Origin: Eledone cirrhosa
Taxonomy: Eukaryota
Direction of reading: 5' to 3'
Assembly (NCBI GenBank): GCA_964016885.1
Contig: OZ024751.1
Span: 14,136,001-14,200,000, forward strand
Length of the DNA: 64,000 bases
Both the position numbers and the translations under genes were made by a program. The notes under the pieces are model-generated. The model saw only the letters and a program-made list of their open reading frames with translations. It ran no database searches and was not told the origin of the DNA. This document shows, one piece after another, positions 11,906-23,670 of this stretch. Position 1 is the stretch's first letter. Every line of letters starts with the position of its first letter.

Positions 11906-14105
11906 TAGATAGATAGATAGATTTCTTTATTAGCCACAAGGGCGCAACAAGAAAGGGGACAATACAAAGACATGCCGGGGATTTTACATACAGTCGTGTA
12001 AAAAATATAAAAACAAACAATTTCAACAATCGAAATCCCCAATAGGGGGGATGCGCCACAAATGGGTTGTTTAATACCCCGTCGATAGAACAACCCTCAA
12101 CTCAAGGAGCGTGTTGTGCAAGTGCTCCTTTCTTCCTTTTGCTCTCTTCCTCAACCTACAGGCTTATAAACAGAGAGGGCCCAATCACTCGGGCCATTTT
12201 CGCTTCATTCACCCACCTTTCAGTAAATTTACTGGGGTGCAGTGCCTCTCTCTCCACCCCGATTCTCCTTCTACAGTGATACTTAAAGAAGGGAATCAAT
12301 TGTTGTCCGGAGAGAAAGGCATCTGTCCTCAGTCCTCTCAACCTCGTCCACCATATAACTTCTTTCACCATAGCCACCGTACAGAGGAAAACCGCCTCTC
12401 TTTCGTTTTTGAAAGAGTCTGGCGGTTTGATCCTTACTATGGACTCGGCAGTCAACAGTATTTGTCCCATACGCGACAGCAGGTGTTCTGCATAGTTCCA
12501 CAAGTCGCTTACGCCCGGGCAGTGTACAATTGCGTGCAGAACTGTTTCAATGTCCTGCGCACATCTTGGACACGTCCTCTTGGAAGGATCCCTGCCAGGG
12601 CGTCCGTGCCTGTAGATCTTGTCACGAACCGGTAGAGCTGCTCGGTAGCACTGCCAGGCCAGGGACCTCTGGAAGTTGTCCATAGGTCCCGGGCGGAAAG
12701 TCCTCCCAAACATACTGGTGAGCTCATCGTCTTCGACGCCCAGAGTCTCTCCGAGGACGTCGTCGCCCTTGTAACGTACAATCCCTCTATAGAATGTCGA
12801 AGTGGAGTCTCCACTGATTGCTGCGCCCGCTTGCCAGAGGACTGTGAGCGCCTGAGCGCATTCAATGTGCCAGGCGCCCATCGTTTTCGGTCTTTTCTTC
12901 ACCCAGGACTGCAGCTCCGTTAGCGAGACGAGCTGTGGGAAAGCCTGTCTCACAAACGGTGCCCACACCGGTTGGGGGTCGGTGAGGAATACCTGGAGAT
13001 GCCGCAGCCTCAGCGCATGTTTGCGCATCATCAGCCACGGCATTCCCAGCCCTCCGTTGGAAGGGTGCTGACAGCAGACGGATCTCCTCACCAGCGGAGC
13101 CTGCTTCTCCCACAGAAACTGGAAGAGCATGCGTTCCATCTTGGCGAGGTGTTCACGGGGACAAGGCACGACAGTCAAGCGGTAGTAGATGACGGACGCT
13201 ATGAAAGTGTTCGCCACCTCCGCTCGACCTTTCAAGGACAGTTTGCACTCTGCCCACTTCTGAGTGAGTGCAAACACCTTGGCCGTGACCTCGTTCCAGT
13301 TTTTCTCCACCTGGAGGTCTGGACCGAACCAGACCCCGAGCAATTTCACCGGTCCGTCCGTCCAGCGTCCAACGACGCTGTCGGATGTCATCGGTTTGCC
13401 TCTCCACGTACCGAGTTGCAAACCGACAGACTTGTCTGGGTTTAGTTTTGCTCCCGTCAGCGTTTCGTATTCTTTCAGTATGTTGCCGATCACCCCGATT
13501 TCCGAGGTACTCGACACCATTACCGTCACGTCGTCGGCATAGGCCGACGCCGCTTTGCGCAGTCCCAGTTCTAGAGGGATGCCCTGCAACAGCTCCAATT
13601 TCCGCAGTAGTAGCTCTAGAGTCAATACATACAGAATGGAGGAGAGAGGGCATCCCTGTCGAATGGAACGCGTGATTGCGAACGGCTCCGATAGGTAGCC
13701 GTTCACCTTGACCCTCGAGCAGATGCTGGTGTGCATCGCCTCGATCCATCCTCTGAACACGGGACCGAAACCGGCCGCCTTGAGAACCGCTTCCAAGTAT
13801 CGATGGTCGACCCTATCGAATGCCTTAGACTGATCCAAGTTGATCAGAGCCCCACCGAAGCCGGGTTTACTACCCACCCTCTCTATGATGTATCGCATGA
13901 GGTGGAGGTTGTCGTGTATGGACCTGGTCCGGATTGCACACGTTTGCGCATTCCCTTCCAGGTTCTCGACGACAAGCGCCAACCTCGTCGCTAGCACCTT
14001 GGCCAAAATCTTTAACTCTGTGTTGAGCAGAGTTATGGGCCTGAAGTTGTTAATTTCGTCCCCCTTGTTCTCGTCTTTCCTGATCAGCGCTACTACGCCC
14101 TTGCC

Positions 14106-14106
<1 letters not shown>
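11906..14106 (-). mobile_element. Tx1/L1-clade LINE, 5'-truncated copy 1, with (TCTA)n tail
   Basis: Uninterrupted ORF with RT motifs, a short 3' UTR with AATAAA, and GATA repeats on both sides. Confidence 0.92.
12156..14006 (-). CDS. Tx1-type ORF2 fragment: RT domain plus C-terminal zinc knuckle
   Basis: LDQSKAFDRVDH, RQGCPLS, AYADD, KLLGVWFG, GGLG, CPRC..ETVLHAIVHC. Confidence 0.9.
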   Translation of the reverse strand: MAKVLATRLALVVENLEGNAQTCAIRTRSIHDNLHLMRYIIERVGSKPGFGGALINLDQSKAFDRVDHRYLEAVLKAAGFGPVFRGWIEAMHTSICSRVKVNGYLSEPFAITRSIRQGCPLSSILYVLTLELLLRKLELLQGIPLELGLRKAASAYADDVTVMVSSTSEIGVIGNILKEYETLTGAKLNPDKSVGLQLGTWRGKPMTSDSVVGRWTDGPVKLLGVWFGPDLQVEKNWNEVTAKVFALTQKWAECKLSLKGRAEVANTFIASVIYYRLTVVPCPREHLAKMERMLFQFLWEKQAPLVRRSVCCQHPSNGGLGMPWLMMRKHALRLRHLQVFLTDPQPVWAPFVRQAFPQLVSLTELQSWVKKRPKTMGAWHIECAQALTVLWQAGAAISGDSTSTFYRGIVRYKGDDVLGETLGVEDDELTSMFGRTFRPGPMDNFQRSLAWQCYRAALPVRDKIYRHGRPGRDPSKRTCPRCAQDIETVLHAIVHCPGVSDLWNYAEHLLSRMGQILLTAESIVRIKPPDSFKNEREAVFLCTVAMVKEVIWWTRLRGLRTDAFLSGQQLIPFFKYHCRRRIGVEREALHPSKFTERWVNEAKMARVIGPSLFISL

Positions 14107-14197
<91 letters not shown>

Positions 14198-17100
14198 TGT
14201 TTCTTTATTAGCCACAGGGGCACAAAAGAAGGGGACAAATACAAAGGGGGAAGTTTACATACAATAAAAACGTGTACAATGTTATCACAAATGGAATTTA
14301 AAAAGTTAGTCGATTTTCCCCAATAGAGGGAGACAGTTTATATGGGTAACACATACCCCCGAAAAAAAATGTGCAACCCTCATCTCCAGGAGTACGAAGA
14401 GTTTGTACTCCTTTCCTCTCCTCCTCCTCAACCTACAGGCTGATATAGAGAGAAGGCCCATTCACTCGGGCCATTCTCGCCACTTTCACCCACCTTTCAT
14501 AAAACTTGCTGGGGTACAGCACCTCTTTCTCCATCCTGATTCTTCTTCCAAAGTGGTATTTGAAAAAAAGAATCAGTTGTTGGCCGGAGAGAAAAGTGTC
14601 TGACCTCAGCCCTTTCAACCTTGTCCACCATACAACCTCTTTCGCCATAGCTATCACACAAAGGAAAACCGCCTCTCCTTCGTTTTTGAAGGAGGGTGGC
14701 GGTTTGATCATGACAATGGACTCGGTGGTCAACTGGATTGGTCCCACCCGCGACAATAGTCGTTCTACATAGCCCCACAGGTCAGTGACGCCCGGGCAGT
14801 GTATGAATGCGTGCGCGACGGTTTCTTCGTCTCGCACGCATCTCGGACAGATCTTTTTTGCAGGGTCCCTGCCCGGGCGCCCATGTCTGTAGAGCTTGTC
14901 TCGAACTGGTAGAGCTCCTCGGTATCACTGCCAGGCCAGGGACTTTTGGAAGTTGTCCATCGGTCCCGGGAGGAAGGTCCTACCGAACAGACTGGCCAGT
15001 TCATCTTCCTCTACGCCTAGAGTTTCACCGAGCGCGTCGTCGCACTTGCTGCGGGGTCCGCCTGCCAGAGGGCTGTGAGCGCCTGAGCACATTCGATGTG
15101 CCAGTCGCCCATTTTCCTCAGTCTTTGCTTGACCCAGGACTGCAGCTCGGTCAGCGAGACGAGTCGTGGGAAGGCATGCCTCACGAACGGGGACCACACC
15201 GGTTGTCCGGTGATGAATACGTAGAGATGCCGCAGCATGAGCGCGTGTTTGCGCATCGTCAACCACGGCAACCCCAAGCCCTCCGTTAGAAGGGTGTTGG
15301 CAGCAGATGGATCTTCTCACCAAAGGAGCCCGCCTCTTCCAAAGGAATTGGAAGAGCGCGCGTTCCATTTTGGCGAGCGTTTTGGCTGGACAAGGCACGA
15401 TGGTCAAGCGATAGTAGATGGCGGACGCTATAAAAGTGTTCGCCACCTCCGCTCGACCTTTCAAGGATAGTTTGCACTCGGCCCACTTCTGGGTGAGTGC
15501 AAACACCTTGGCCGTCACTTCGTTCCAGTTCTTCTCCACCTGGAGGTCCGGACCAAACCAAACCCCGAGCAGCTTCACTGGTCCTTCCGTCCAGCGTCCG
15601 ACGACGCAATCGGAAGGCATCGGTTTGCCTCTCCACAATCCGAGTTGCAAACCGATGGACTTGTCCCGGTTCAGCTTCGCTCGTGTGAAACTTTCGTATT
15701 CCTTCAGTAAAGTGCCGACTTCCTCGATTTTCGAGGCGCTCGACACCATTACTGTAACGTCGTCGGCGTAGGCCGACGCCGCTTTCCGCAGTCCCGGTTC
15801 CAGAGGGATGCCCTGCAATAGCTCCAACTTCCGCAGTAGTGGCTCGAGAGTCAGTACGTACAGAAGAGAGGAGAGAGGGCATCCCTGTCGAATGGATCGC
15901 GTAATATGGAACGGCTCCGAGAGGTAGCCGTTCACCTTGACCCTTGAGCAGATGTTGCTGTTGTGCATTGCAGCAATCCAGCCCCTGAACACGGGTCCGA
16001 AGCCTGCCGCCTCGAGCACCGCATCCAGGTAACGATGGTCAACCCTATCGAAAGCCTTAGACTGATCCAAGTTGATCAGGGCCCCACCGAAGCCGGGTTT
16101 ACACCCTACCCTCTCTATGATGTATCGCATGAGGTGGAGGTTGTCGTGTATGGATCTGGTTGGGATTGCGCATGTCTGCGCTTCTCCCACCAGGTTCCCG
16201 ACGACAAGCGCCAGCCTCTTTTCCAACACCTTGGCCAAAATCTGTAACTCTCTGTTTAGCAGAGTTATGGGCCGGAAGTTGCCTATGTCATCCCCCTTAT
16301 TCTCGTCCTTCCTGATTAGTGTGACTACGCCCCCGGTTACAGAACTGGGAATTCTCCCGTTCTGTTGCCAGTTGCAGTAGACCGCTTCCAGGAGACCGGA
16401 GAATAAGTCCGGCATTGCTACGTAAAATTCGTAGGGTAGACCGTCGAGACCTGGAGATTTGCGTTTGCCGCATTGGCTCAGCGCGTCCCCTATCTCAGCG
16501 GCTGAAATCGGCTTTTCGCAGAACTCCGCCTCGCTGTCCGAGAGTCGCGGTAGGCCGTCGAGGTATGGACCGAAATCCATAGCCCCTCCCGGCGCGCCGC
16601 CCCGCCCGAACAGTTGAGCAAAGTGCCGCTGAAAGGCCGCACACATGTGCTTCGGCTCACGTATCACGCGTCCGTTTTGGTCCTTCAAAGACCGAATCGT
16701 GGACTTGTTGCCACTTTTTGCCTCCGTCACTCGGGCCCAGCTAACAGCTTTGGCTCCCTCGTTTCCCAGAGCTCGTATTTTGCTTCTGACAACGCAAAAT
16801 ACGCGTAGAAGAACTGGTCCAAGGCCGTTCTCGTTGCTAGCACGCTGGCTACGTTGCCACTTCTAATTGCCTCTTCTACTTTATCTACCGGTTCTATTTC
16901 TATCTAACGCTAATTCTTTACTAAAAACTATCGAGTCTAATCTAACTGCCCTCTTGAGAGAGAACCACCATCTGTTGTTGACAATGGTCCCTGTCAAGTG
17001 CTGTTTAACTAAAGTGCTAATCCGTCTACTGTAGGCTTTGCTTGTCGGTAACGACAAGTTCAGCTTCCAGTAGCCGGGTCCTTGTCTATGGGTTCTATCA

Positions 17101-17546
17101 AGGTTGGCCATGCAGGTCACTAGTTTGTGATCTGAATAGGCAACCATGAACATTTGTGGACAGCTTAACATGTCCCTATCCTTATTTCTAACTAGAACCC
17201 TATCTAGGTACGATCTAGATGTTCCGCTACGATTAGTCCACGTCCACAGTGGCGCAGTCGGAAAATCTAGTCGATATCTATCGGCCAGGTCAAATCGGTC
17301 GATTAACTGTTTGAGGCTGTTACACCCCCCTTTATCGGGACATGCTCCCACATAGTCCCAACGTGCATCTAGGATTCCATTCCAGTCCCCCACTAAAAGC
17401 AAGGAGCAGGACGTTCCCAGAAAAGTCTCTAGACGTTTGAAGAAGTCTGGCCGCGGTGTCCCGGATGGGGCATATGCGGCCACCAGCCTGAAGGCTCCAC
17501 CTTCACTACCGTCAACGTCTAGGACCACCAGTCGACCCTCCTGAAA
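14107..17546 (-). mobile_element. Tx1/L1-clade LINE copy 2 (APE endonuclease, RT and C-terminus; frameshifted)
   Basis: 16881-17528 EN (AYAP, GDWN, WTW, SYLDRVL, SDH, WKLN); 14925-16730 RT (KSPGLDG, NFRPITLLN, YADD); 14433-14837 C-terminus; (TAGA)n at 14107-14195. Confidence 0.92.
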
Positions 17547-17920
17547 TATAGCTTAAGAGAAACATGACAATAATGATAGGCACCCAATATTTGAACTGGT
17601 TTATAGAATTCTCTTGGACTTTGTCACTAAGAAGAGCTTTAAAGAATTAGCTTTTAAAGAATTTTCCTTTTCTTTAAATCCATCAACCAAGACCGACCCC
17701 CAACCATCTTATAGACACCTGAAATATAGGCATTGTTAGCTTAAGCGAAACTTTAAAATAAGGAGTGGCACCCCAATTTGAACTTGTTTATAGAATTCTT
17801 TCTGCCTTTGTCACTCTAAATATAAATTATAGCCTTAAAGAATTAGCTTTTAATGAATTCCCTTTTCTTTCAACCAATGACCTCCACCCATCACACTCCC
17901 CACCCTCTCCTACCACCTGA
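17541..17920. repeat. Degenerate ~180-bp tandem duplication
   Basis: ctgaaatatag..ttaag.gaaac..ggcaccc..tttgaact.gtttatagaattct..tttgtcact occurs twice. Confidence 0.6.
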
Positions 17921-17954
17921 AAAGATATAAATACCACAACATTTATTTTGGACA

Positions 17955-18023
17955 GCCAGATTCCTGATGATTTCTAAAGAATGAAACAATTCTAGTCCTG
18001 TAGAATCTCATCTATATTAAAAC
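17955..18023 (+). mobile_element. Stub of a hammerhead-like family also seen at 44403-44588 and 60660-60780
   Basis: CTGATGA TTTC TAAA GAAT GAAAC AATTCTAGTCCTGTAGAA matches the other copies. Confidence 0.6.
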
Positions 18024-18049
18024 TATATATATATATATATATATATATA

Positions 18050-18489
18050 GCTTGAGATCGGTGTGGAAGTCGGACCTTCGTAAAGACCTGAAGATACGTC
18101 TCTTTGTTGCTGTAGTGGAGTCTGTGCTGCTGTACGGATCTGAGACTTGGACACTGACCAAGAAACTCACTCAGATGGTGGATGGGTGCTACACGAGAAT
18201 GCTGAGGATGGCTCTGAACATTAATCAGTATAGACTGAGGATGAAGAACTCAGAGCTGTATGGGAGCCTCCCAAAAGTCAGCTCGAGAGTAGCACAGAGG
18301 AGACTGGGGTTAGCTGGACATGCTCACCGACATCAAGAGTTGACATTGCACTCATTGTTCCGGTGGGAGCCCCTGCATGGACACACTGGAAGAAGAAAAC
18401 CGATGTTAACATATGCTGATGCCCTAAGGACAGACACGGGTCTGTTGGAGACGCAGGACATGGCAGCGGTAATGAGGGACAGAGACGGC
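18050..18489 (+). pseudogene. RTE-clade LINE ORF C-terminal fragment
   Basis: LLYGSETWTLTK..DGCYTRMLR..N.ELYG..RRL.LAGH..RH..WEP.HG; same family as 8641, 38620 and 41471. Confidence 0.88.
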
Positions 18490-18507
18490 CTCCATTTTGA
18501 TTATAGA

Positions 18508-18674
18508 TATACAATATTTCCCGACGTCGAAAACTTTTATCCTAAAGTAAGTCTCAAAAATCTACCAATGCGTCCTGGAGACCGAAGGTTGTTTATTATT
18601 TTTTTTCAAATTTTTGGTTGTCAAAATTAGAGTGCGTCCTCGAGGACGGAGCGTCTTCGACGCCGGGAAATACG

Positions 18675-18677
<3 letters not shown>
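18508..18677. mobile_element. MITE with terminal inverted repeats
   Basis: atatttcccgacgtcgaa ... ttcgacgccgggaaatacggt. A similar right end lies at ~41808-41838. Confidence 0.55.
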
Positions 18678-18739
<62 letters not shown>

Positions 18740-19021
18740 TAAACGGAATAGAAAATGCTGACAAATTGTTCACAGTTGAAAAATGGTTTAATTAGGAATA
18801 AAAGAGTATTAGTGGTTGTATGGGTTAGTATTCAGTTGTGGTTTTAAGTTTTTAAGTTTTTACCGGTTGCGCATTTCTAAATGCTTTTCAAAAATAATTT
18901 TGAGATAGAGTGTCCGTGCTGTTTGCTCTGATCTGATTAGTTTTGGGAATTCTACCTGTTTTTATGTTAAAAAAGTGGCTCCAGCGTTATTTTTGTGTTG
19001 CAAAAATGCTTATATATATAT

Positions 19022-19272
19022 ATACAATATGTTGAAAAGGTAACACACCAGAGAGAGATATACAGTGCGTTATCAATAATACAAGGAAAAAACCACCAGT
19101 GTATGGAATCTATAACCTATGAAAGGCAGACTATAGACACGATAATTAAAAATATACCTCTCTGGTGTGTTACCTTATCAACATGTTGTATTTTAAAGAG
19201 CTCAGGATCTCTTCTCCTTTGAGCACATTATTTACAGGGAATAGTGAGGGCCTATGCCTCCGTTAATTTATC

Positions 19273-19273
<1 letters not shown>
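19022..19273 (+). mobile_element. Fold-back element: arms 19022-19061 and 19153-19191 plus tail
   Basis: tacaatatgttgaaaaggtaacacaccagagag versus ctctctggtgtgttaccttatcaacatgttgta. Confidence 0.7.
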
Positions 19274-19312
<39 letters not shown>

Positions 19313-19371
19313 GATAAATTAACGGAGGCATAGGCCCTCACTATTCCCTGTAAATAATGTGCTCTCTGAAA

Positions 19372-19784
19372 TATGTATAATAAAATATAAGGCGATTTAC
19401 ACGTGGTTTCTTAAAAGCAAAAAAATGTTGCTTTCAATCATCAGAATGAAAAAATCCTGGTGTATTTATTGGCGTTGGATTTTAAAAACAAAAATATAAT
19501 CTATATGCTTTTAAATCTACACTTATTTTTACCTTGTATATTATTAAACCAAGAAATAACAGAGGAAGTATTTAACCACTGTGATAGGTCAGTCTTAGTT
19601 CTAATTTGGAGAATTATTTTTCTTAAGATTATAGATTAAGAATATAGATTATATTTTTGTTTTTAAAATCCAACGCCAATAAATACACCAGGATTTTTTC
19701 ATTCTGATGATTAAAAGCAAAATTTTTTTGCTTTTAAGAAACCACGTGTAAATGAAATAATCGCCTTATGTTGTTTATTACATA
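19372..19784. mobile_element. Fold-back element: arms 19372-19506 and 19642-19784
   Basis: Long inverted arms with a hammerhead core in both. Confidence 0.85.
19697..19757 (+). ncRNA. Type I hammerhead ribozyme, intact core
   Basis: TTTCATT CTGATGA TTAAAAGCAAA ATTTT TTTGCTTTTAA GAAAC CACGT GTA AATGAAA; stems I and II pair fully; GUA site. Confidence 0.85.
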
Positions 19785-19880
19785 GCTCTCTCTCTATATA
19801 TATATATAGTAATAATAATAAATTTGAAGACTAAAATCCAAAGAGGGCTCGATAAGGATATATATATATATATATATAAG

Positions 19881-20063
19881 ATAATTGTTTCTACTTTTGG
19901 CACAAGGCCAGCAATTATTCCAGTACATTACTGGTACTTTATTTTATCGACCCCTTAAGGATGAAAGGCAAAGTTAACCTCGACGGGATTTGAACTCAGA
20001 CCGTAAAGGGGCGTAACTATGCTGGAAAGCATGGCGTCCGACCCTCTACCGATACTGCCAATC
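19881..20063 (-). mobile_element. tRNA-derived SINE (family A)
   Basis: Minus strand A-box-like TGGCAGTATCGGTAG, B-box GAGTTCAAATCCC, core TTGCCTTTCATCC..GGTCGATAAAATAAAAGTACCAG. Stubs at 5583-5645 and 40301-40370. Confidence 0.85.
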
Positions 20064-20460
20064 AGAAAACAGGACGGAAGACAATTTCAAAATAAAACAA
20101 AGAGTTACACAGAGAATGTCAGGGGGGGGGGAGAAGTTTGTAATTTATCGGAAAAAAAGAATGAATGAATGAATGAATGAATGAATGAATGAATGAATGA
20201 ATGAATGAATGAACGAACGAACGTGACAGAAGTATAATGATTTGAGATGAAAGATAGGCAGGAAGGAGGGAAGGGCGGGAAGTTTTGAAGTAATGAAGAC
20301 AGAATAGTGAACAATGTAGCTCTATAGTATATACAGTCACTTGTTACACCGTAGTGTCGTAGGAACGTCGTAGCGACACACTGTCTAGTTTAGGTACACT
20401 AAACCTGGCGGAGCCCATCCTTTCCTCAAGAGCAGGAGTGGGTGAGAACTGGTGCAGTAT

Positions 20461-20785
20461 GTATGTATGGACCCGTAACTCATGGTAGAGTCGTAGGGGG
20501 CGCTGTATTGACATACGGCGTTTCTTGGGCGTTTAAAACCTGGTGGAGCCCATCCATCTGCAGGTCTGAGTAGAGCATTCTTCCAAAGAAAGAAAGTGAG
20601 AGAGAGAGGAAATGAGAAAGAGATATAGAGGAAGAATCGACCCCAGTACTAGACTGGTTCTTTTTTTTTATTGACCTCGAAAGGATGAAAAGCAAAGTTG
20701 ACCTCGGCGAGATTTGAACTCAGAAAGCCGGGAGCTGGAACTAATACCATGAGGCATTCTATCTGACGTTCTAACGACTCTGCCA
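20461..20785 (-). mobile_element. SINE family A variant with extended 3' segment (second copy 33901-34246)
   Basis: The shared block cccgtaactc..ctgtattg.cata.ggcgtttct.gggc.tttaaa precedes the SINE core in both copies. Confidence 0.7.
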
Positions 20786-21103
20786 TTCTATCTGACGTTC
20801 TAACGACTCTGCCATTCTATCTGACGTTCTAACGACTCTGCCATTCTATCTGACGTTCTCACGACTCTGCCATTCTATCTGACGTTCTAACGACTCTGCC
20901 ATTCTATCTGACGTTCTAACGACTCTGCCATTCTATCTGACGTTCTAACGACTCTGCCATTCTATCTGACGTTCTAACGACTCTGCCATTCTATCTGACG
21001 TTCTAACGACTCTGCCATTCTATCTGACGTTCTAACGACTGCGCCATTCTATCTGACGTTCTAACGACTCCGCCATTCTATCTGACGTTCTAACGACTCT
21101 GCC
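20756..21103. repeat. 29-bp tandem repeat x12 derived from the SINE 5' (A-box) end
   Basis: Unit attctatctgacgttctaacgactctgcc; 348 bp = 12 x 29. Confidence 0.95.
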
Positions 21104-21720
21104 AAGTACGAGGTCCATAATTCTCACCGGGAAAACAAATGATGTCGGTGGGTCGCGAATCCTCGTTCGATCATTACTTGAAGGCTGGTTATCAAACTAC
21201 AGCTCGTCTGCCTTTATCGCAGGGTTGAAGCCGTTGGCCACTTGAAAGGTTGTCACCGAGGTGGTTAAGGAGGTCCACCCAGGGCCTACAAGAGAGGGGG
21301 GTCCAGCCGGTACTTTGTTCCGGGGTCCAAGAGCTAAGTAGCTCCCACAGCAACCATGCAATATCGATTTTGAAAAAAGTTTTGCCTGCTTCGGGTCCGA
21401 AAGGGGTCTTCTACCGCCTTGTAAAATTTCTCTAGGAGGCCTGGGCCCATCTACCCCGGTTTTGAAATCAGAGTGGTCGTTCTCTTAGATTGACTGCCAA
21501 CAACGGTTAACGACCTTTGTGTACCCGTTTTGTTTTTACGCTCACAATAGGATGGCCGTTGATTCTCCTCAGTTCCTCGCCCTTTAACGGATTTTGTTTT
21601 TCATCCCACAGGCTGTTCAAAAATTCTCCTCTTTACCAAGCAATTTGGGTGGGGTTGACGGTTTAGTCACCGACGACCCGACCAATGTGACAGGTTGTAC
21701 TGAGTTACATGTCACCAGTT

Positions 21721-21916
21721 CAGACCTGTCAACTCTTCCCGTCCGACGGGGAAATCTCCCACCCACTTTCGGGTAGGTGAGAGATGGCTTCTCTTGTGAA
21801 AAGGGGTATTGCTTTCATTATGTAAACTCTCCCCATTTTGCTTCATTTCTCCCCGTTTGGTGGCACTTTTTTTCATGGTACTCCCTGTTTTGGTTTTTAG
21901 AGGTTGGCAGGTCTGC
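21721..21916. mobile_element. MITE with TIR CAGACCTG(T/C)CAAC
   Basis: cagacctgtcaactc ... gaggttggcaggtctg, with ccagt on both flanks. Confidence 0.55.
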
Positions 21917-22397
21917 CAGTACAGTTCAAGTGCGGCCCGTCATATGATGAGCCACATCCTATGCGGCCCACTGTTCGAAAAAGGTTGCCCATGACTGCAT
22001 TGAAGCATCGGACAAAGGGCTTAGCAATATTTTCTTCCGTTGTTTGTTTGTTTTAAGCCCAGAGTTCAAATCCAGTCAAGGCCACGTGTTTTCTAAACTA
22101 AACAGCAAAAACTGTGCTAAAGATATCTATTATAATATAAATTTATTTAACATAAAAGAATTTTGACTCCAATGTGTGAATCTTTTAAATGTTATGTTTA
22201 TTACATTTTACAATTCGTGAGAATATTTTTTTTGTGTGCGTGTGTGTTTTCCTTTGTTGTTTTTTCTTTTTTTATATTTTTTCCTTGCAGTTAGTGAAGC
22301 ACTAAGGTAGCTATAATCGACATTCCTCCTCCCACAAAATTACTGACCTTTTCGGTTATGTTAGAAACGATCATCATCATCACATAATAATAATAAT

Positions 22398-22770
22398 AAT
22401 GGTTTCTTATATAGGCACAAGGCCAGTAATTTGGGGGAAGAGTGCGTGACTGGTGCTTTATTTTATCGACCCCCATAAGGATGAAAGGCAAAGTTAACCT
22501 CGGCGGGATTTGAACTCAGATCATAAACGGCCTCTATGCTGCAAAGCATGATGTCCGAACCTCTACCGATTCTGTTAATCTACCGTCCTAATGATAATAA
22601 TAATGGTTTCTGAATTTAGGCACACGGTCAACAATTGTAGGGGAAGGGAAAGTTGATTAAATCGACCCCAGTGCATTACTGGTACTTTATCTTATCGACC
22701 CCGTAAGGATGAAAGGCAAAGTTAACCTCTGCAGGATTTGAAGTCAGACCATAAAGGGCCGTAACTCTAA
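22398..22770 (-). mobile_element. Two adjacent family A SINE copies
   Basis: Repeated ttatcgacccc.taaggatgaaaggcaaagttaacctc...ggatttgaa.tcag. Confidence 0.8.
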
Positions 22771-23486
22771 CAACAACAGTGGCTGTGGTAGAAATATTCG
22801 GGTTAACTAAAGTAGGTGAAACTTAAAGTGAATAAGGTTGAACAGACACAGTTTTCACTCTACAATTTTTAGCTGTTTCACTTGAGAGTATTGTGAATAA
22901 ATATCCTCAAGGCCATAACATCAACTAAGTTAACTCCTTTCTCACCTTATGCTTTTCAAAACAACCACTAAAGCTACAACTACATGTTAATATTAATAAT
23001 AAGGAAATTATTATGACTAGCAGAAAAACCACCCTTCGGGTGGTTTTCTGCTAGCATCTGTAGTGTGTATATTGATATTATACGCAGGTATATATACATG
23101 TAGATATGATACATCAAATAAAATCGTAATTAACAATATAAACAGAAATTGAACGAAGACTGTGTTACACTGTCTTATGTAATCAGTAACGTAATCCATG
23201 ATACATTTTAAAAAAAAGACGACATTATATATAAACTGCATTAGGAGACAATTAGTGACAGAAAATTAGTATGTTTATTTAAGTGATCGCCACCGGAAGT
23301 GTTGACATCACTCTCTCTCTCTCTCTTTCTATATATATGGAGTTGAAGTGGTGGTGGTGGCAACGATATACCGGAAGTGCAACTTTGAAAAGAAGTCAAT
23401 TTTAAATTATTTATTTTTACGAAATTATTTTTGATTACGAAATTTAGTAGATAAATTATGTAATATTCATTCATTATTTATTCAAG

Positions 23487-23670
23487 GATTGGCAGTATCG
23501 GTAGAGGGTCGGACGCTATGCTTTGACGCATAGAGTTACGGCCCTTGCCATTCTGAGTTCGAATCCCGCCGAGGTTAACTTTGCCTTTCATCCTTACGGG
23601 GTCGATAAAATAAAGTACCAGTAATGCACTGGGTGATTGCTGGCCTTGTGCCAAAAAGTAGAAACAATTA
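23487..23670 (+). mobile_element. tRNA-derived SINE family A, full length
   Basis: TGGCAGTATCGGTAG..GAGTTCGAATCCC..AATAAAGTACCAG..GGCCTTGTGCCAAAAAGTAGAAAC. Confidence 0.88.

Noticed and set aside
12067-17355. Many plus-strand and alternate-frame ORFs over the Tx1 elements
   Set aside because: They are shadow ORFs of GC-rich LINE coding sequence with no independent motifs.
20756-21103. CRISPR-like regular 29-bp repeats (also the 37-, 42- and 91-bp arrays)
   Set aside because: There are no unique spacers and no cas genes, and the context is eukaryotic; these are simple tandem repeats.
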